From NCBI GenBank assembly GCA_964019335.1, contig OZ025664.1, positions 124,001 to 188,000 of the forward strand: a stretch of 64,000 nt of DNA. Direction: 5' to 3'. The DNA comes from Diplonema japonicum (lineage: Eukaryota; Protista; Euglenozoa: Diplonemea). Position numbers and translations under genes: made by a program. Below, piece by piece: positions 45,741-58,200 of the stretch. The notes beneath the pieces were generated by a model. That model saw nothing but the letters and a program-made list of their open reading frames with translations, was not told the DNA's origin and did no database searches. Each line of letters starts with the position of its first letter. The stretch's first letter is position 1.

Positions 45741-46803
45741 TGGGGAGGATGGGGGGGGGGGGGGGGGGGGAAGATAGAATTACATGTCATACCATTTTTT
45801 TTTTTTGGTTCTTTGCGCTGGGTGCGTGGGCAGTGTCCCTCCCTTTAAAACTTTAATGATACCCCCCCTTTTTTTTAAAAGTACAGTGTATTCTCTTCTT
45901 TTGAAAGTGTTAAGAACCCATTCCTTTCTGCAAGAAAAAAAAATAGGAAGGAGTGGAGAGGGATTAGCATTTGATAATTTACATAATACAGTACCCCCCT
46001 CTTCCCTTTTTTGTACCTTTCCCTTTTTTTTTTTTACCAAGGCTTGAATGCCTCTCACCGGTACTTTATTGGGAACCGTGTCCCCCCCTGCAACCCTCTA
46101 AGTGGCGCTCATCACTGGTGACTTTCGGCTGTCCAATTGGATTACCCTTCAAAGCTAAAAAAGCCAGTCATAGAGAAAGTTTTGAGATTAAAAAAAAAAA
46201 AAAAAAAAAAAAAAAGGCTCCTTTAAGGAACGGTAAAGACTTTTTTGTTTTTTTTTTTTTTCTTCTTCTCTCGCTTCACTCATTTCTTCAACACCCACAG
46301 CGTGCCGCAGAATCGAGGGCGGGCGTATTTTCCTACCCCTGCCTATTTTGTTTTTAACCAATAAAGGACCGGGGGGAGTTTTTTTTTTTTTTTTCTTTTT
46401 TGGCCAAAGAAAAGTTCCAAGGATTCCGTCTATTTATGATCCTGGAAAAAAGAAAAAAAAAAATGTGGGAGTTTAACCAAAGGAAAGTACACTAAACTCT
46501 AGTGTAAGTTTATTTCTCATGCAGGGGGGCTTACTTAGGTTCATACGGGGTCGGGAGAGGAAATATACGACAAAGTACTGAGCATTGCGGACGATTTGCT
46601 CAACCCACTCAGGGGCGCTTGGGCGGAGGACAGCCTCCCTCACTTGCTTATTTCTTCACAGATGTCGATTTTCTTCCAACATGGGGCCCCGTCGGACACT
46701 GGAAATATAATTTTTCTTAAGGGCACATATGTCCTCGGTCCTGTAGTGGTTAAACAAAATATCTCCGGTACACCCCGTGGTGACTTTGCCTGAATAAGGC
46801 CTT

Positions 46804-46835
<32 letters not shown>

Positions 46836-46836
<1 letters not shown>

Positions 46837-47308
46837 GCTCCATATTCGCTAAGTGACCCGCCCTATGTCCCAAAGGGGTTATAGGGGGCTTTTGGGGAAA
46901 AAATGTCAAAAATGCCCAAAGGTTCATTGATTTTTTTTTTTTTTTTTAAAAATCCATATGTCGAACATGAAAGAACGGTGAGTTCCAAGGAAGTTCCAAA
47001 AAAGATTTTCCAAAAAAAAAATATTGGGGGCCAACCAAAATGACCTTGGAAGTCACCATTTTGAGTTTTGGCCATTTTTGCCAAACTTTTGCAACACCCC
47101 ACTTGTGCCGTGTTTTTTCCACTGGAGCTGCTTCATTTTGTATAGTACAAAGTAAGGCAAATCACCAAAAAAAAATTTATTACAAAAAAAAATTCCATAT
47201 GTCGAACATTGGGCCCCAATCCATTCCAGCCCTAGAAAAAGCAAATTAGAAATTTTTTTAGCTCTTCAAAATGCGGGTTCTGGTGGGTCACTTCGCGAAT
47301 ATGGAGCG
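46836..47308. mobile_element. MITE / non-autonomous DNA transposon, 473 bp
   Basis: 24-bp terminal inverted repeats with 1 mismatch (CGCTCCATATTCGCTAAGTGACCC at 46836-46859 and GGGTCACTTCGCGAATATGGAGCG at 47285-47308). Internal direct repeat TCCATATGTCGAACAT at ~46953 and ~47194; flanked by A-tracts. Confidence 0.8.
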
Positions 47309-47673
47309 GGAAAAAAAAAAAAAAACCTTGAACATGAAAAAGAACCTACATGTGGCTTTTGCATGACAAATATCGATCACGGGATTTTCTTTTTTTTCTT
47401 GGGGGGGGTACGAAGACATTGCCCATCTAGACACCCTTGTCACTCTAGAATGACTAAGAATCGTTTTTTAGAGCCTCTTTTTTAGGAAGAAAAGGAAATT
47501 GTATGTCTGTTTTTCGGGTCCAGATGGGTTAAGTAGTACTAGGGCTCACGAGCAAAGAAAAGATGAGAAAAAGAAAAAGAATCGTCTTTAGACCACCCTT
47601 AGGCATGCTGACGAATCTTTCAAGATTCGTAGTTGGCGGTTTTAAAGGGGGAAACAAAAAAAAAAAGAAGAAG

Positions 47674-47710
<37 letters not shown>

Positions 47711-48276
47711 GTGTGGTTGATATCCTTTTCTCTCTCTTTTTTTATTTTTTTATTTTTTTCATCCTGTAAACAATATCCGGTTCAGAATTTGCCCCCTTTT
47801 TTTTTATACTTACTTTATTCCCTGACTTTTCTTTCTTCCCTTCCCCCTTTTTTTAAAAAAAAAAAAGAAAGAAAGAAAAACTTCTCTACTAGTGCCTAAG
47901 ACTGATTAAAAAGCAGATGAGAATGAGAAAGAAAAAGAAGGTGAAAAGAAACAAGGGGGGGGGGGGGGGGGGATAGCTTCGTAAAGAAAAAAAAAGAAAT
48001 TATTTCCCCCCCTTCCCCCCCTTGTAAGAAAAAAGAAGGGAGGGAAACCCGCAAAGAGAGTGGGGTTTAAACTACGCTTTGACTGGATGGCTCTACTCCG
48101 GCAAAAAAAAAGTGAGAAAACACAAAAGAAAGAAATAAAAAAAAAAACAAAATGAAAAAAAAAAAGCCTGTTGCGAAGTATATTTCTTTTTGGTGGGGTA
48201 AGTTGCTAACTACCTCTTTCCTTCCATCATAGTGAATTTTTTTTTTTGATTCTTTCCTTTCCCCTCTTCTTTGTTT

Positions 48277-48307
<31 letters not shown>

Positions 48308-48739
48308 TGTACTTTATTGGTCGCTCCCCGCGGCTGCTAGACTCCTGGAGCAGACCTTCCGACTCGTGCTGCGTGTTGGACACAGCCGACTTCAGCGTGG
48401 TTTGAGGCAACAGTACCTCCTGCGGCAGGTCCCGCACGTCATCTGATGGTTCTCTGTCCTTCATAAACTTCATTGCCGCGGAAGGACACCAGTAAGCTAC
48501 ACGCGTCCGTAAGGGGCTACTCCTCTAGACCAGTATTCGCCTCCCCACATCATATAGACAGTTGTACAACCGTTGTGTAAGGAGGTCTAGCGAGGGGCCG
48601 AAGGCCACACCACAGCAGAAAGGTTCGATTAAGAGATATATTGATGATAGATTGAGATTCTTCAGGCGTCCTGCCACATACCGCAGGTATTCTTAAATGT
48701 TTCTTTTTTTTCTTTTTTTTCTTTTTTTTCTTTTTTTTC

Positions 48740-48774
<35 letters not shown>

Positions 48775-48915
48775 CCTTCCCATCCTTTCCACCCCCCTTC
48801 CCCACATCACCATGTTTCTTTTCCCTGAAATACTCATTCCGAGTTCGGAATTTTCAAAAAAAAAAATTAACGTTAACAAAAAAGAAGGGCGTGCGAAAAA
48901 AAAAAAGAAAAAAAA

Positions 48916-49686
48916 ATGACCGAGTTTCGCCCATGCATTGACCTTCACGATGGCAAAGTCAAGCAGATCGTAGGTAGCAGTTTGAAAGACACAACGACAG
49001 AGGTGAAGGAGAATTTCGTCAGCGAAAAATCCGCAGCACATTACGCTGAAATGTACAAGCGAGACGGCCTGAAGGGAGGCCACGTCATCATGCTAGGAAA
49101 GGGGAACGAAGACGCGGCCATGGAAGCCTTGAAGGTATACCCTGGAGGGCTGCAAGTGGGTGGCGGCATCAATGCCGACAACGCAAGGAAATGGCTCGAC
49201 GCCGGAGCTAGCCATGTCATAGTCACAAGTTACATGTTCGACGAAGCTAGGCTCAGCAAGGAGAAGGTGCAAAAACTGCGAGATATCTGCGGAAAGGACA
49301 AGCTGGTGTTGGATCTATCTTGCAAAAAGGTCGGAAGTGGATGGGTCGTTGCGAAGGACAGGTGGCAGACCCTGACTGATCTCCCTGTGACCCACGAGGT
49401 CCTGGACATGCTTTCAGAATACTGCGATGAATTCCTTGTTCACGCAGCCGACGTGGAAGGAAAGTGTCAGGGGATCGACACTGAACTCGTGGAGCACCTT
49501 GCTGCATGGGGGAAGATCCCCATTACCTATGCTGGGGGTGCGAAGTCGATTTCCGACTTGTCCTCCATCAACGAAGTCTCGAACAACCGGCCCATCCACC
49601 TCACCTACGGCTCCTCCCTCGACATCTTCGGTGGTTCCCTTGTGGCGTACTCTGACTGCGTGGCGTGGAACACATCTCACAAATGA
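48916..49686 (+). CDS. HIS6: ProFAR isomerase, eukaryotic His6 type
   Basis: FRPCIDLHDGKVKQIVG, GGHVIMLG, LQVGGGI, LVLDLSC, HAADVEG, GSSLDIFGG. Confidence 0.96.
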   Translation: MTEFRPCIDLHDGKVKQIVGSSLKDTTTEVKENFVSEKSAAHYAEMYKRDGLKGGHVIMLGKGNEDAAMEALKVYPGGLQVGGGINADNARKWLDAGASHVIVTSYMFDEARLSKEKVQKLRDICGKDKLVLDLSCKKVGSGWVVAKDRWQTLTDLPVTHEVLDMLSEYCDEFLVHAADVEGKCQGIDTELVEHLAAWGKIPITYAGGAKSISDLSSINEVSNNRPIHLTYGSSLDIFGGSLVAYSDCVAWNTSHK

Positions 49687-50106
49687 AAAAAAAAAAAAAA
49701 AAAAAGAGTGAAAAATTAAATTAAAATTCGAAGGAAACAATGAAGGGGGGGAAAGATGGCGCGAGAAAGAGAAGAAAAAAAGGGGGGGGGGATCGCCTGC
49801 CTTCACACACCCCTTCTTTCCAGCGTTCGATGTTTTTTTTTTTTTTTTTTTTTTTTTATTTATTTTATTAGTATTCCCCTCGTGACGTGGTGCATGGTGT
49901 GATGTTTCTTTCCCTACGCTGTTGATCTCTATTCGAAAAGTGCGGCTTGTTTGTTCTCTTTCCTAAGGGTGCGACCAGCCTCCTTGAATGAAAGGGGTGT
50001 AAGGCCTGTTCGAAACACGTGCCACAGTCATTATTTTGCTTCCTCCCAGAATCTTTTTTTTTTTTGATTGTTTTTACGAACAACTCCAAACAGGACGGCG
50101 GCCACC

Positions 50107-53100
50107 ATGCAGGACGAGTCCTCATCGTCCTCTTCCCTGTCTAGCGTTGAGACATCGGAGTCAGACAGCGACGACGGGAGGGCTAAAGATATTCTGGAAA
50201 AGATACGAAGAAGAAAGGAAGAGGAAGACAGTTCGCTGCAGCTGATAGAGGAGAGCCACCAGGAAGACACGGGGTCGTTGCATCTGAATGAGGTCATCGA
50301 AGATCACTATGAGAGCGAGGGAGAGCCAACCAGGGAGAATCCGATAGTAGATGAAGAAGAAGAGAAAGAGGAAGAAGAAGAAGAAGAAGAGGAAGAGAGG
50401 CCGATGGAGCTGCCTGCAGTGTCACCTGTGAAACATGTAGAGGAGAACGCAGAGCCTGTGCCAGAAGAAACCTTAGTTAGAGGTTTAAAGATGCCCCTGT
50501 CGCCACCCCCACCTCCGCCCCCGCAGCCTATTGTGGAGCATCACCACAGTGCGTTGGAGGCCGCGCCACCTGCGTCCATCTTCGGGGCCTTGTCAAGTGA
50601 GCACCCTCCAGGGGACCATGAGTCACCTGTTTTTGACACTTCGCCTTCCTCGTCCCTTCCCATCCCTGTCCTTGCTGCCGATCCCGCACCTGCTCCCTAC
50701 AGTAGTATACCGTACAGAGCTGTCGAGTTCAGGGAGCCGTCTGAACCGCTATCAGCACAACCAGACTCTTTCCCGCCCAGCCACGGATCCATCTCGCCCC
50801 CCTTACGCCTCGCCCAAGAAGACCACCCGCCCAAGCCCGATGAGCAGGACAAGCTCGACATCACTGCCGACCTCGACCTCTCGAACGTCCAGCACAGCAA
50901 CCTCTCCTTCCAGAAGCACGCGACACTCGACTACAAAAACCTTGACGGCGTCACCGTGCTGAACGTTTCTGGGAATGGGCTTGAAGCGCTCACGAACCTT
51001 CCAAAGACGCTAGTCCGCTTGGACGCCTCGCAGAACAGGATCGCTAGATTGCAGGGACTCGACGACTGTGAGTCATTGGAAATCCTGAACCTGAGGAGGA
51101 ACAGGCTCACCAAGATCGACGGTCTGCAGGGGTGCATGAGTCTGCGCCACCTGTTCATTGGGCATAACCATATCAAAAAGGTTCAGAACCTTGAACACTG
51201 CGTCAACCTTGAGACCCTGGACATCGGGTACAACCTCTTAACGCTGTCCTCAAGTCTCCGTCCCATCTCTTTGAACCCTGTGCTGCAGACGCTCATCGTT
51301 CACGGGAACCCTATTGCGGACAAGGCCGGTCGCAGACGGGTGCTGCTCTCAGGATTCCTTCCGAACACCGACCCCCTGGTGCCCATAGGCATCTGCAGGG
51401 GCTTTGGTGTGGTAGACAAGGTCGAGGTGGCGACAGAACGGTCTTTTTATGTCACCTACGCAACAGGCTCAGCGGTGGCTTCCACAGCGGCGATGGGTCT
51501 CTCGGAGCAGGTCTTGGAGTCTGCGTCCACAGGTGGCGAGACGTCTCTGGATGTGGAACTTAAAACAGACGCTGCCGGACGTAAGAGGCGCATCAACATC
51601 TCTAACTTGCCAAGGGGCGATCCTCTGATGCTCATACAAAAGCTGTTGCAACACTTGAAATGCTGGGGCGCTGTTGAGGAATTGGAACTGCTGCCACCGA
51701 GGGGTTGGTCGTGGAGAGAAAAGGGAGCGAAGTGGTACCCTTTTGATGGGAAAATGTCAGCTAAGCTCACAAAGTGCAGCTCGGGTGTAACAGAGCGCAT
51801 AATCTACGATGGGGTAACATATGACTTCAATTTCAAGACAATGACGCAGAAGCACGCCGCCTCTGGGAAGATAAGGGAGATACGACCTCCGCCTCAGGAT
51901 GCCGATGTCAGCGTGCTCTTCCGCCACGGCGTGATGTGTGCGGAGAATGTGAGAAAGGTTCTGAACGAGCAGGTGATGGGGGGCGTGTTGAGAGAGTCGC
52001 TTGATGGTCTTACTTCTGATGACCCAACGGCTGCAGCCATGCTCTCGTACAGAGATCGGGAAAGCTCGCTGATCGTCCGACAGATGATGGAGTGCCTACC
52101 GCTGGTGTCCAATCTGTGCCCACAGCTGAAGTGTCTGGACAACAAGTACATCACGGCAAGGGGGTCCAATGTAGCAGGAAACTACTCTTCAAGCAGCAAA
52201 CTCGGTGCTTCCATGACCAACAACAGTAACAATGCTACTACCGACGTCGTGGTCTCGCACACCACAGCCGACACCTCGCCACTAGAGGTGTCCACCCTTG
52301 CCGCGCAAATGGTACTTGAGACCGGCACCTCATCTCTCAGCTTGCAGCCTCCCAAAGCACACGGAGCCGCTAACATTGGCGGGCACAAAACACTTGGCTA
52401 CTCCATGCCCGGGAAGGCGTCGGTGGCAATGAAGAAAATGGAGAAACATCAAAAAATAGTTGAACAGGAAGCCAAAAAAAAGAGAAGCTTCGGCCTTCAG
52501 CCCACCCAACAAAGTCAGATCATGCAAAAAGCTAGGCAGCAGCAGAACGAAGAGAACATCAGCGCCAACACGAGTGGGACGAGCACGAAAACAAAGGTCC
52601 GGAACCGCGTTCTCCCAGAGTCTCTCTTGGAGACCCCGCCGCAAGTTCTGCCGGAGTCACCTCTCGCCAAGCCATCCCCTCTTACCAAGCCATCAACCCC
52701 TCTCGCTTCACGAGGGAAGTCTTCCTTTTCCAAGTCGCTTGGGAGTAAGGATTGGAAGGGCCTGCAACGGAAAGTTGAGTACAAAGAAGTTGCCCCTGAA
52801 AAGGAACCCGCCACTGTGCCTATGCCCCAAGCTGCCCTACCTGCGAACAGCAGCATCAACGCGAGCAGCGCGGGTTCGCACGACATCCAGCAGCACCTGG
52901 AAAGCGTTATGAACAGGGTGTGCAAGACAAAAGCAAGGGGAGGGCAGAAGGCCTTCGGAGGGTTCAAGGACACGGCGGCCTCTGGGTTATCTTACTCAAA
53001 TATGAGCTTTCTTTCGGAAGCAGAACCGGTGGCGGTGGTGGAGAAACCCGCAAAACTGCAGGGGAGGCAAGGGCCGCAACAAAGAACAAAGGATACAGAA

Positions 53101-53846
53101 GCAGTGACGTGGGAGAAGGAAAGGCGTATGACAGGGACATCTGCAGTGAGCTACGCGCACTCCAGGAGGAGTGTACGGTTTGCGCCTGGATCGTCGCCCC
53201 CTTCAAGAACATCCTCGCAAGGCGCGATGCGGAAGGTCACGCGGCATAAGTACGAAGCACCACCGGCTGCACCGTCACCAAAAGAAACCACTGTTTCTGA
53301 ACAGCCACAGGAAGAACCGGTGGTGCAACCACAGGATCCCATCGAACGGGGCGACGGCTTGCGGGAGTCCATCAAAGCCTGGCTGCAAGGTTTCGGGAAC
53401 GACTTTGTAACTCTACACCTTGCTCTAAAAACCCTCTTAGTACTTGTAGAAGAAGGGTCCTCAAAGGAGATGATCAGGTACAAGGAGATAGTGTCGTCCT
53501 GCGGCATGCTGCAGGAAACAGAGATCCCGACTGAGATCTCCTTGGGCTACGGCATCACTGCCGATACAAAGCCTGTGCAGAGCCCGAACACAGAAAGGGA
53601 TCAAGTGGTGGCCATGATGTCTCAGATGCAGCAGACTAAGGTATTAAAATGTGCCACAACAACAACAACCCCACTTCACAGACCTGCTTGCGTTTCATCT
53701 TCCATCTCATGGACGAGAACCGGTACAAGGAGCTTGCTGAGTACCTCAACAAAGTCAAGGTATGTTGAAAAGGGAAGAAAAAGAAGAAAAAAAAACAACC
53801 TCAGGAGTCTCTATTTCTCAACAATGAGAGCATGATGATGCCATGA
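50107..53846 (+). CDS. SDS22-like LRR protein with inserted RRM-like and WWE domains, 3 exons
   Basis: LxxLxLxxNxI repeats at ~50940-51310; WWE-like GWSWRE...WYPFD...YDFNFKTMTQ...REIR; introns 53641..53681 and 53760..53804; stop TGA 53844-53846. Confidence 0.8.
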
Positions 53847-54076
53847 GATTTGCTTTTTTTTTTCTTTTTTTTTTTTTTTTTTTTTTGTTTTTGCAACAAA
53901 TTAAAAAAAAAAAACTATTTTTCGCCGTTACTTATGTATAGAATTTTATTCCACACACATGCGTCCCCCCCCCCCCTCTCCCCTCCTTATTTTAGATTGA
54001 GCATGGTTTAGAGAATTCTATTTGAACAAAAGGCATTTACACTGTAAAACTTCTCTAGCTCATCAAGGTTTACACT

Positions 54077-54580
54077 ATGGCGAAGAAGGCGATCCCAGCA
54101 TCGGTGTTGAGGAGCGTGCAACGTGAAGACATAGAGAACGTGTGTAAGAGAAGAGCAGAGGGAATGTATGAGAAGAAAAAGGAAGAATGGGAACTACGAC
54201 GTCTAGAGGGGTTAGAAAAGGGGTTGATGGTTCGATTAGAGAACAAGGTACAAGAAGGCGGCAAGATGTGGGATGAAAGAGTGGCTAGAGAGGGGAAACC
54301 AAAGCTGCCCCAGACCGGCTCAAGCGCCGATGCCATCTATGGTAAAGCCATTCAAGAGATCAATGAAAAACAGCAGAAGTTCGAAACTGAAAGGCTGCAA
54401 TCAACCCTTGCCACCGAGCATGCCTTTCGTGCCACTAGGCAGCTTCTCACAGATTTAGACGCCGATGTTCGGGCAAGAGAGAGATCCCTGGAGGACAAGG
54501 CACGAGAAGATGCCAATATTGCCCTGCTGTTCAACTCCACAGAGGAGCGATTCCTTTTGTACAAGTCTCGGACTTTCTAA
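54077..54580 (+). CDS. Hypothetical coiled-coil protein (167 aa)
   Basis: Clean ORF with coding composition. Confidence 0.65.
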   Translation: MAKKAIPASVLRSVQREDIENVCKRRAEGMYEKKKEEWELRRLEGLEKGLMVRLENKVQEGGKMWDERVAREGKPKLPQTGSSADAIYGKAIQEINEKQQKFETERLQSTLATEHAFRATRQLLTDLDADVRARERSLEDKAREDANIALLFNSTEERFLLYKSRTF

Positions 54581-54758
54581 GAAAAAGAAAAAAAAAAGAA
54601 GAAGAAAAAAAAAATGTGCCCCTTTTTTTTCCAAAGGAGGAGAAAAGAAATGAAGAAGAAGAAAAAAAAAAGAGAAGTGTTTCTTTTTTATATCTTTTTT
54701 TATTTATGCAAGCGATTCATGAATTATAAAGGAGAAAAGGGAGAAGGGGGAGTGAACC

Positions 54759-54944
54759 ATGCCGGGATTAGAAGTAAAGCTTGCATCTATCGGGCTGGGG
54801 TTCCTTGCGGTTGCCGCGCTAATGAACGAAGACGAGAAAAAGGCAAGAGCGGACCGGAAAAAAAAGAGAAGAGCTGCGAGGGTCAAGAAAAACGGGATTA
54901 AGGACAAATGCGACGAGTGTGGGCAGGTTAAACCTGGACAATAG
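54759..54944 (+). CDS. Possible microprotein (hydrophobic N-terminus, basic segment, CxxC)
   Basis: 61-aa ORF forming a coding-like island inside homopolymer spacer. Confidence 0.4.
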   Translation: MPGLEVKLASIGLGFLAVAALMNEDEKKARADRKKKRRAARVKKNGIKDKCDECGQVKPGQ

Positions 54945-54966
54945 AATTTTCTTTTCAATGAACAGG

Positions 54967-54998
<32 letters not shown>

Positions 54999-55243
54999 GT
55001 AAAACGAAAATCACGGGAAGGGGAAAAAAAAATTACCGGAGGACCCTGAAAATCCGGATATTTTTTCCCTTCCGGTAATTTTTCGTTGTACATATAAAGA
55101 AAATGTGACTCGAGTATGACTTTTATGTCTTCAAGAACTGGTTCATACGTAATATCCTCACCAATCTACCCTTCTTCCTAGTTTGTACTCCATATATTTT
55201 TTTTTATATAAAAATTGCGCCCTCTTCCCATTCACTACAGGAG

Positions 55244-58200
55244 ATGGGTGACAAGGCATTAGACATCCACACATATGCAGCCTTGCAAGAAGTAGGCGAA
55301 CGGCTTAACTTCGATAAGAAGAAATTTGCGCTAGACGTGCTTGACAGGTGCATCGATCCAAACTCGAAGTATGCTGTGCAAAACGAGCAGAATGGGTGTA
55401 TGGAAGGGGGGGAGATGCGCACCTTCGACGCCGCTGTATCGTTGCTCCGAAATGAAAATCGAGAAGATGCTGCCGTAAGAATAGATCAGCTGCGAGTGAA
55501 GCTTTTGAAGTGCCAACTATGCGAGCCTCCCACCACCGCCCCTGGTACCGTGTGCCACAAAGGCCTCACTTATAACGTAAGCACGAAAGCCCTGCAGGGC
55601 ATGCTCTTCATCTTATCCACTTTACATAAAAAAGGTGGCCACACGAGCGATGCCCATGAGACAGTTATGAGCCGTCTTGGCGTTCCTGCTTCCTCGAAAC
55701 CCCCTCTCAAGCTCGAGTCTTGGCGTCCCTTCGGTGCTGTGCTGCGAGATATCCACGTGCACCCAACTGGATGTTTCCAACCCACAAACATCGCCCCTGG
55801 CATCCTCAATAAAATCGCCCCGACTCATCATGAAACCCCGCAAAAGCCTGTCCATCGTCTCCCTCAGGTCAAGGCCGCACAAGACGTTCCCAACTGGGCT
55901 TCATGGCTCGTCCCTGCCAGGAATACCCACACACCTTTTAATGGATACTCAGACACGGATAGGCAAACCGCCGCCCTCTTCCTCTCGCATGCCCCCTCTC
56001 AGAAGACTGAAGTGACGTCGGAGCACATTGTCATCTCCGCTGCGTTGGACTGCGTTGCAGGCAAGGAAACAGAACTGTTCATGAGAAAAGGGGGCGTTTG
56101 GCAGATGCAGATGCATGGAAACAAGAAGATCACGATTCCTGGGTGGACCCATGGGGCGTTTCAGAATGTGCTGCAACCCGTGTTCGAAGTTGCCGACCTT
56201 CAGAGTATCATCAGCAACGCCTGCACGGAAGGCATCAACCATCAGGAGAGCGGACCCACACTCCCACTATTCTGCACGAAGCTCAGCAGGCTGCTGCACA
56301 CGTGGCATGAAGAACTCCTATGGGCAAGACCCAAGCTGCTCCTTGGTTTGAAGCGGAAACTGCAACCAATGCTCTCTAAACTGCGCACAGTGGCTAAGCT
56401 GCTGCGCCCTACGGGAGAACAAACGTTCCCTTTAGGCTCAGTCCTATTGCAGGCGATATACCGCGAGCTCCAGCGCACCCTTGCCGTAGATGATGAGCAC
56501 GGCGCAAGGCTTTTCCTGCCCCTGCTGAACGAAACCATGCAGCCCCTTCTGCACGCAGTATCCAACTACATGCATGGCATGAACCCTGGAGTGTGGCTTG
56601 AAACCGAGGGAAGTCTTGTGTGGGAAAAACTTCCCATGCCTAAGTTTCTAAACACAATAGAAGGTCATGCCGCTAGTACAGGAGGCACCATCAAGGATAT
56701 CAGATACATCCACCCAGGCCACATTGTGTTGCAGCAGCTGGACAGGGCTGCCTTGCCTGCTGTTGACCCTCTTGGTTTCGAGAGGCGGCGTGGTGGCGTA
56801 AACGGTATCCTAGGTGCTGTGGCAAACAGTGCGCCACCGGTGCTTCCCATTGCTAAAGGCATACTACTATCGGTGTTTGGCGCTGTTGAGATTGCCGACG
56901 CGATTGCCAAGGTGCGCAGTGCACGGCAGGTGCGTGTGGAACAAGCCGCACAGCAGGTAGCAGATCGTCAGGAGAAACAGTTGTTACAATCGCTGCAATT
57001 CAGCAAGAGTTGCGAAATTCGGCACATCAGCATCCCATCTGACTGGCCGGGGACGCAGGCCTACAGAAAAGCTCAAGTAGCTGCGGTTGCTGAGAAAGTG
57101 AAAAAAGATGCTGAAAAGGCTGCATTGGAACTGCAGCAGCAAATAGCGTCTAAAGAAGAGCAGAAGGCGAAAGAGAAAGAGCAAAACCTAGAGGCCGAGC
57201 GCGCCACATTGCTCCCGAAGTTCACAGATGAAGAGATTCAAGCAGCGCGGAAGCAAGTGGAGGCCGAGTATGCAAAGAAAATGGAGGCGTTGGACGCAGG
57301 GAAAGCATCTGAGAAAAAAGGGAGGGCTGAAAGCCAGGCAAGTAGCGTCGCCATGGAGGACTTGGTGGACTCGTGCAGTGAGCTGGGTCCCCCACCAACA
57401 GAGAGCAGTGACGAGATGGGTCCCCCACCAACAGAGAGCAGTGACGAGATGGGCCCACCACCAACGGAGAGTAGTGTGGATATGGAGACTGCTGAGGACT
57501 CCGACAGCGGTGAGGACCAGCAGACTGTTGACCACAACAAAGTTACCTCCATTGCTCATCAGTTGCCGCTTACTGTCAGCGAACCAAAAGAACTAAACTC
57601 AGCCCTGCATGCAGTTGATAAGGAAGCCCTCAAGAAGGGTGACGAGAAAGCAAAGAGTGTGTCCTTGAAGCGTGTGCCTCAAGGACAGGTGCAAACGGTT
57701 AACATCTACAACTGGGAAGAAACTGCACCAGCAGCCCCTAAACGGTATCGTGCAAGGAAAGTGACCGCCGAAGACTTGAAGATGAAGCGTGTGCTGAAAG
57801 CCACTGGTGGCCCGAAAAGGAAGAGGAAAGTTGTGGACAAGTCGGGGAGAGGTACAAAGCAGCGTTGCGTATCGCAAGTAGTGACGTCTTTTGGTGTGGG
57901 ACACGACCGTATTGTGTCGGGAAAGAAGATCATCCTACCAATGACGAAGCCCAAGACACCGGTTGTAGAGCCTGATGTTGAGGAAGATGTTTATCAGAAA
58001 CCTGCGTTTGAGGAGCAAGACGTGTTCGCGAGGGCGAAGGCGCTGACCAAGCTGAAACAGTCCGTTCCCATGCCCACTATGGTGTCGGCACCTCCTAAGA
58101 GCATTGCTGAACAGCTCACAAAACCTGTGTCCGTACAGAGAAGTCGAGAAAAAGAGCACGAGGAGTCCTTCACGTCTGTGGAACGGCTGAAGGCACTTTA

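Noticed and set aside
46405-46540. RNase MRP RNA (GAAAAGTTCC ... GGGGGCTTACTT resemble CR-I/CR-V)
   Set aside because: P4 pairing needs two G-U pairs, spacing is short and includes an A-run, and poly-T occupies the place of P1-P3. A cmsearch with the Rfam RNase_MRP model would settle it.
48290-48430. Spliced-leader RNA gene
   Set aside because: Only the last 13 nt of the exon match. The 5' part is poly-T, the donor is GTCGC rather than GTATG, and there is no tandem array.
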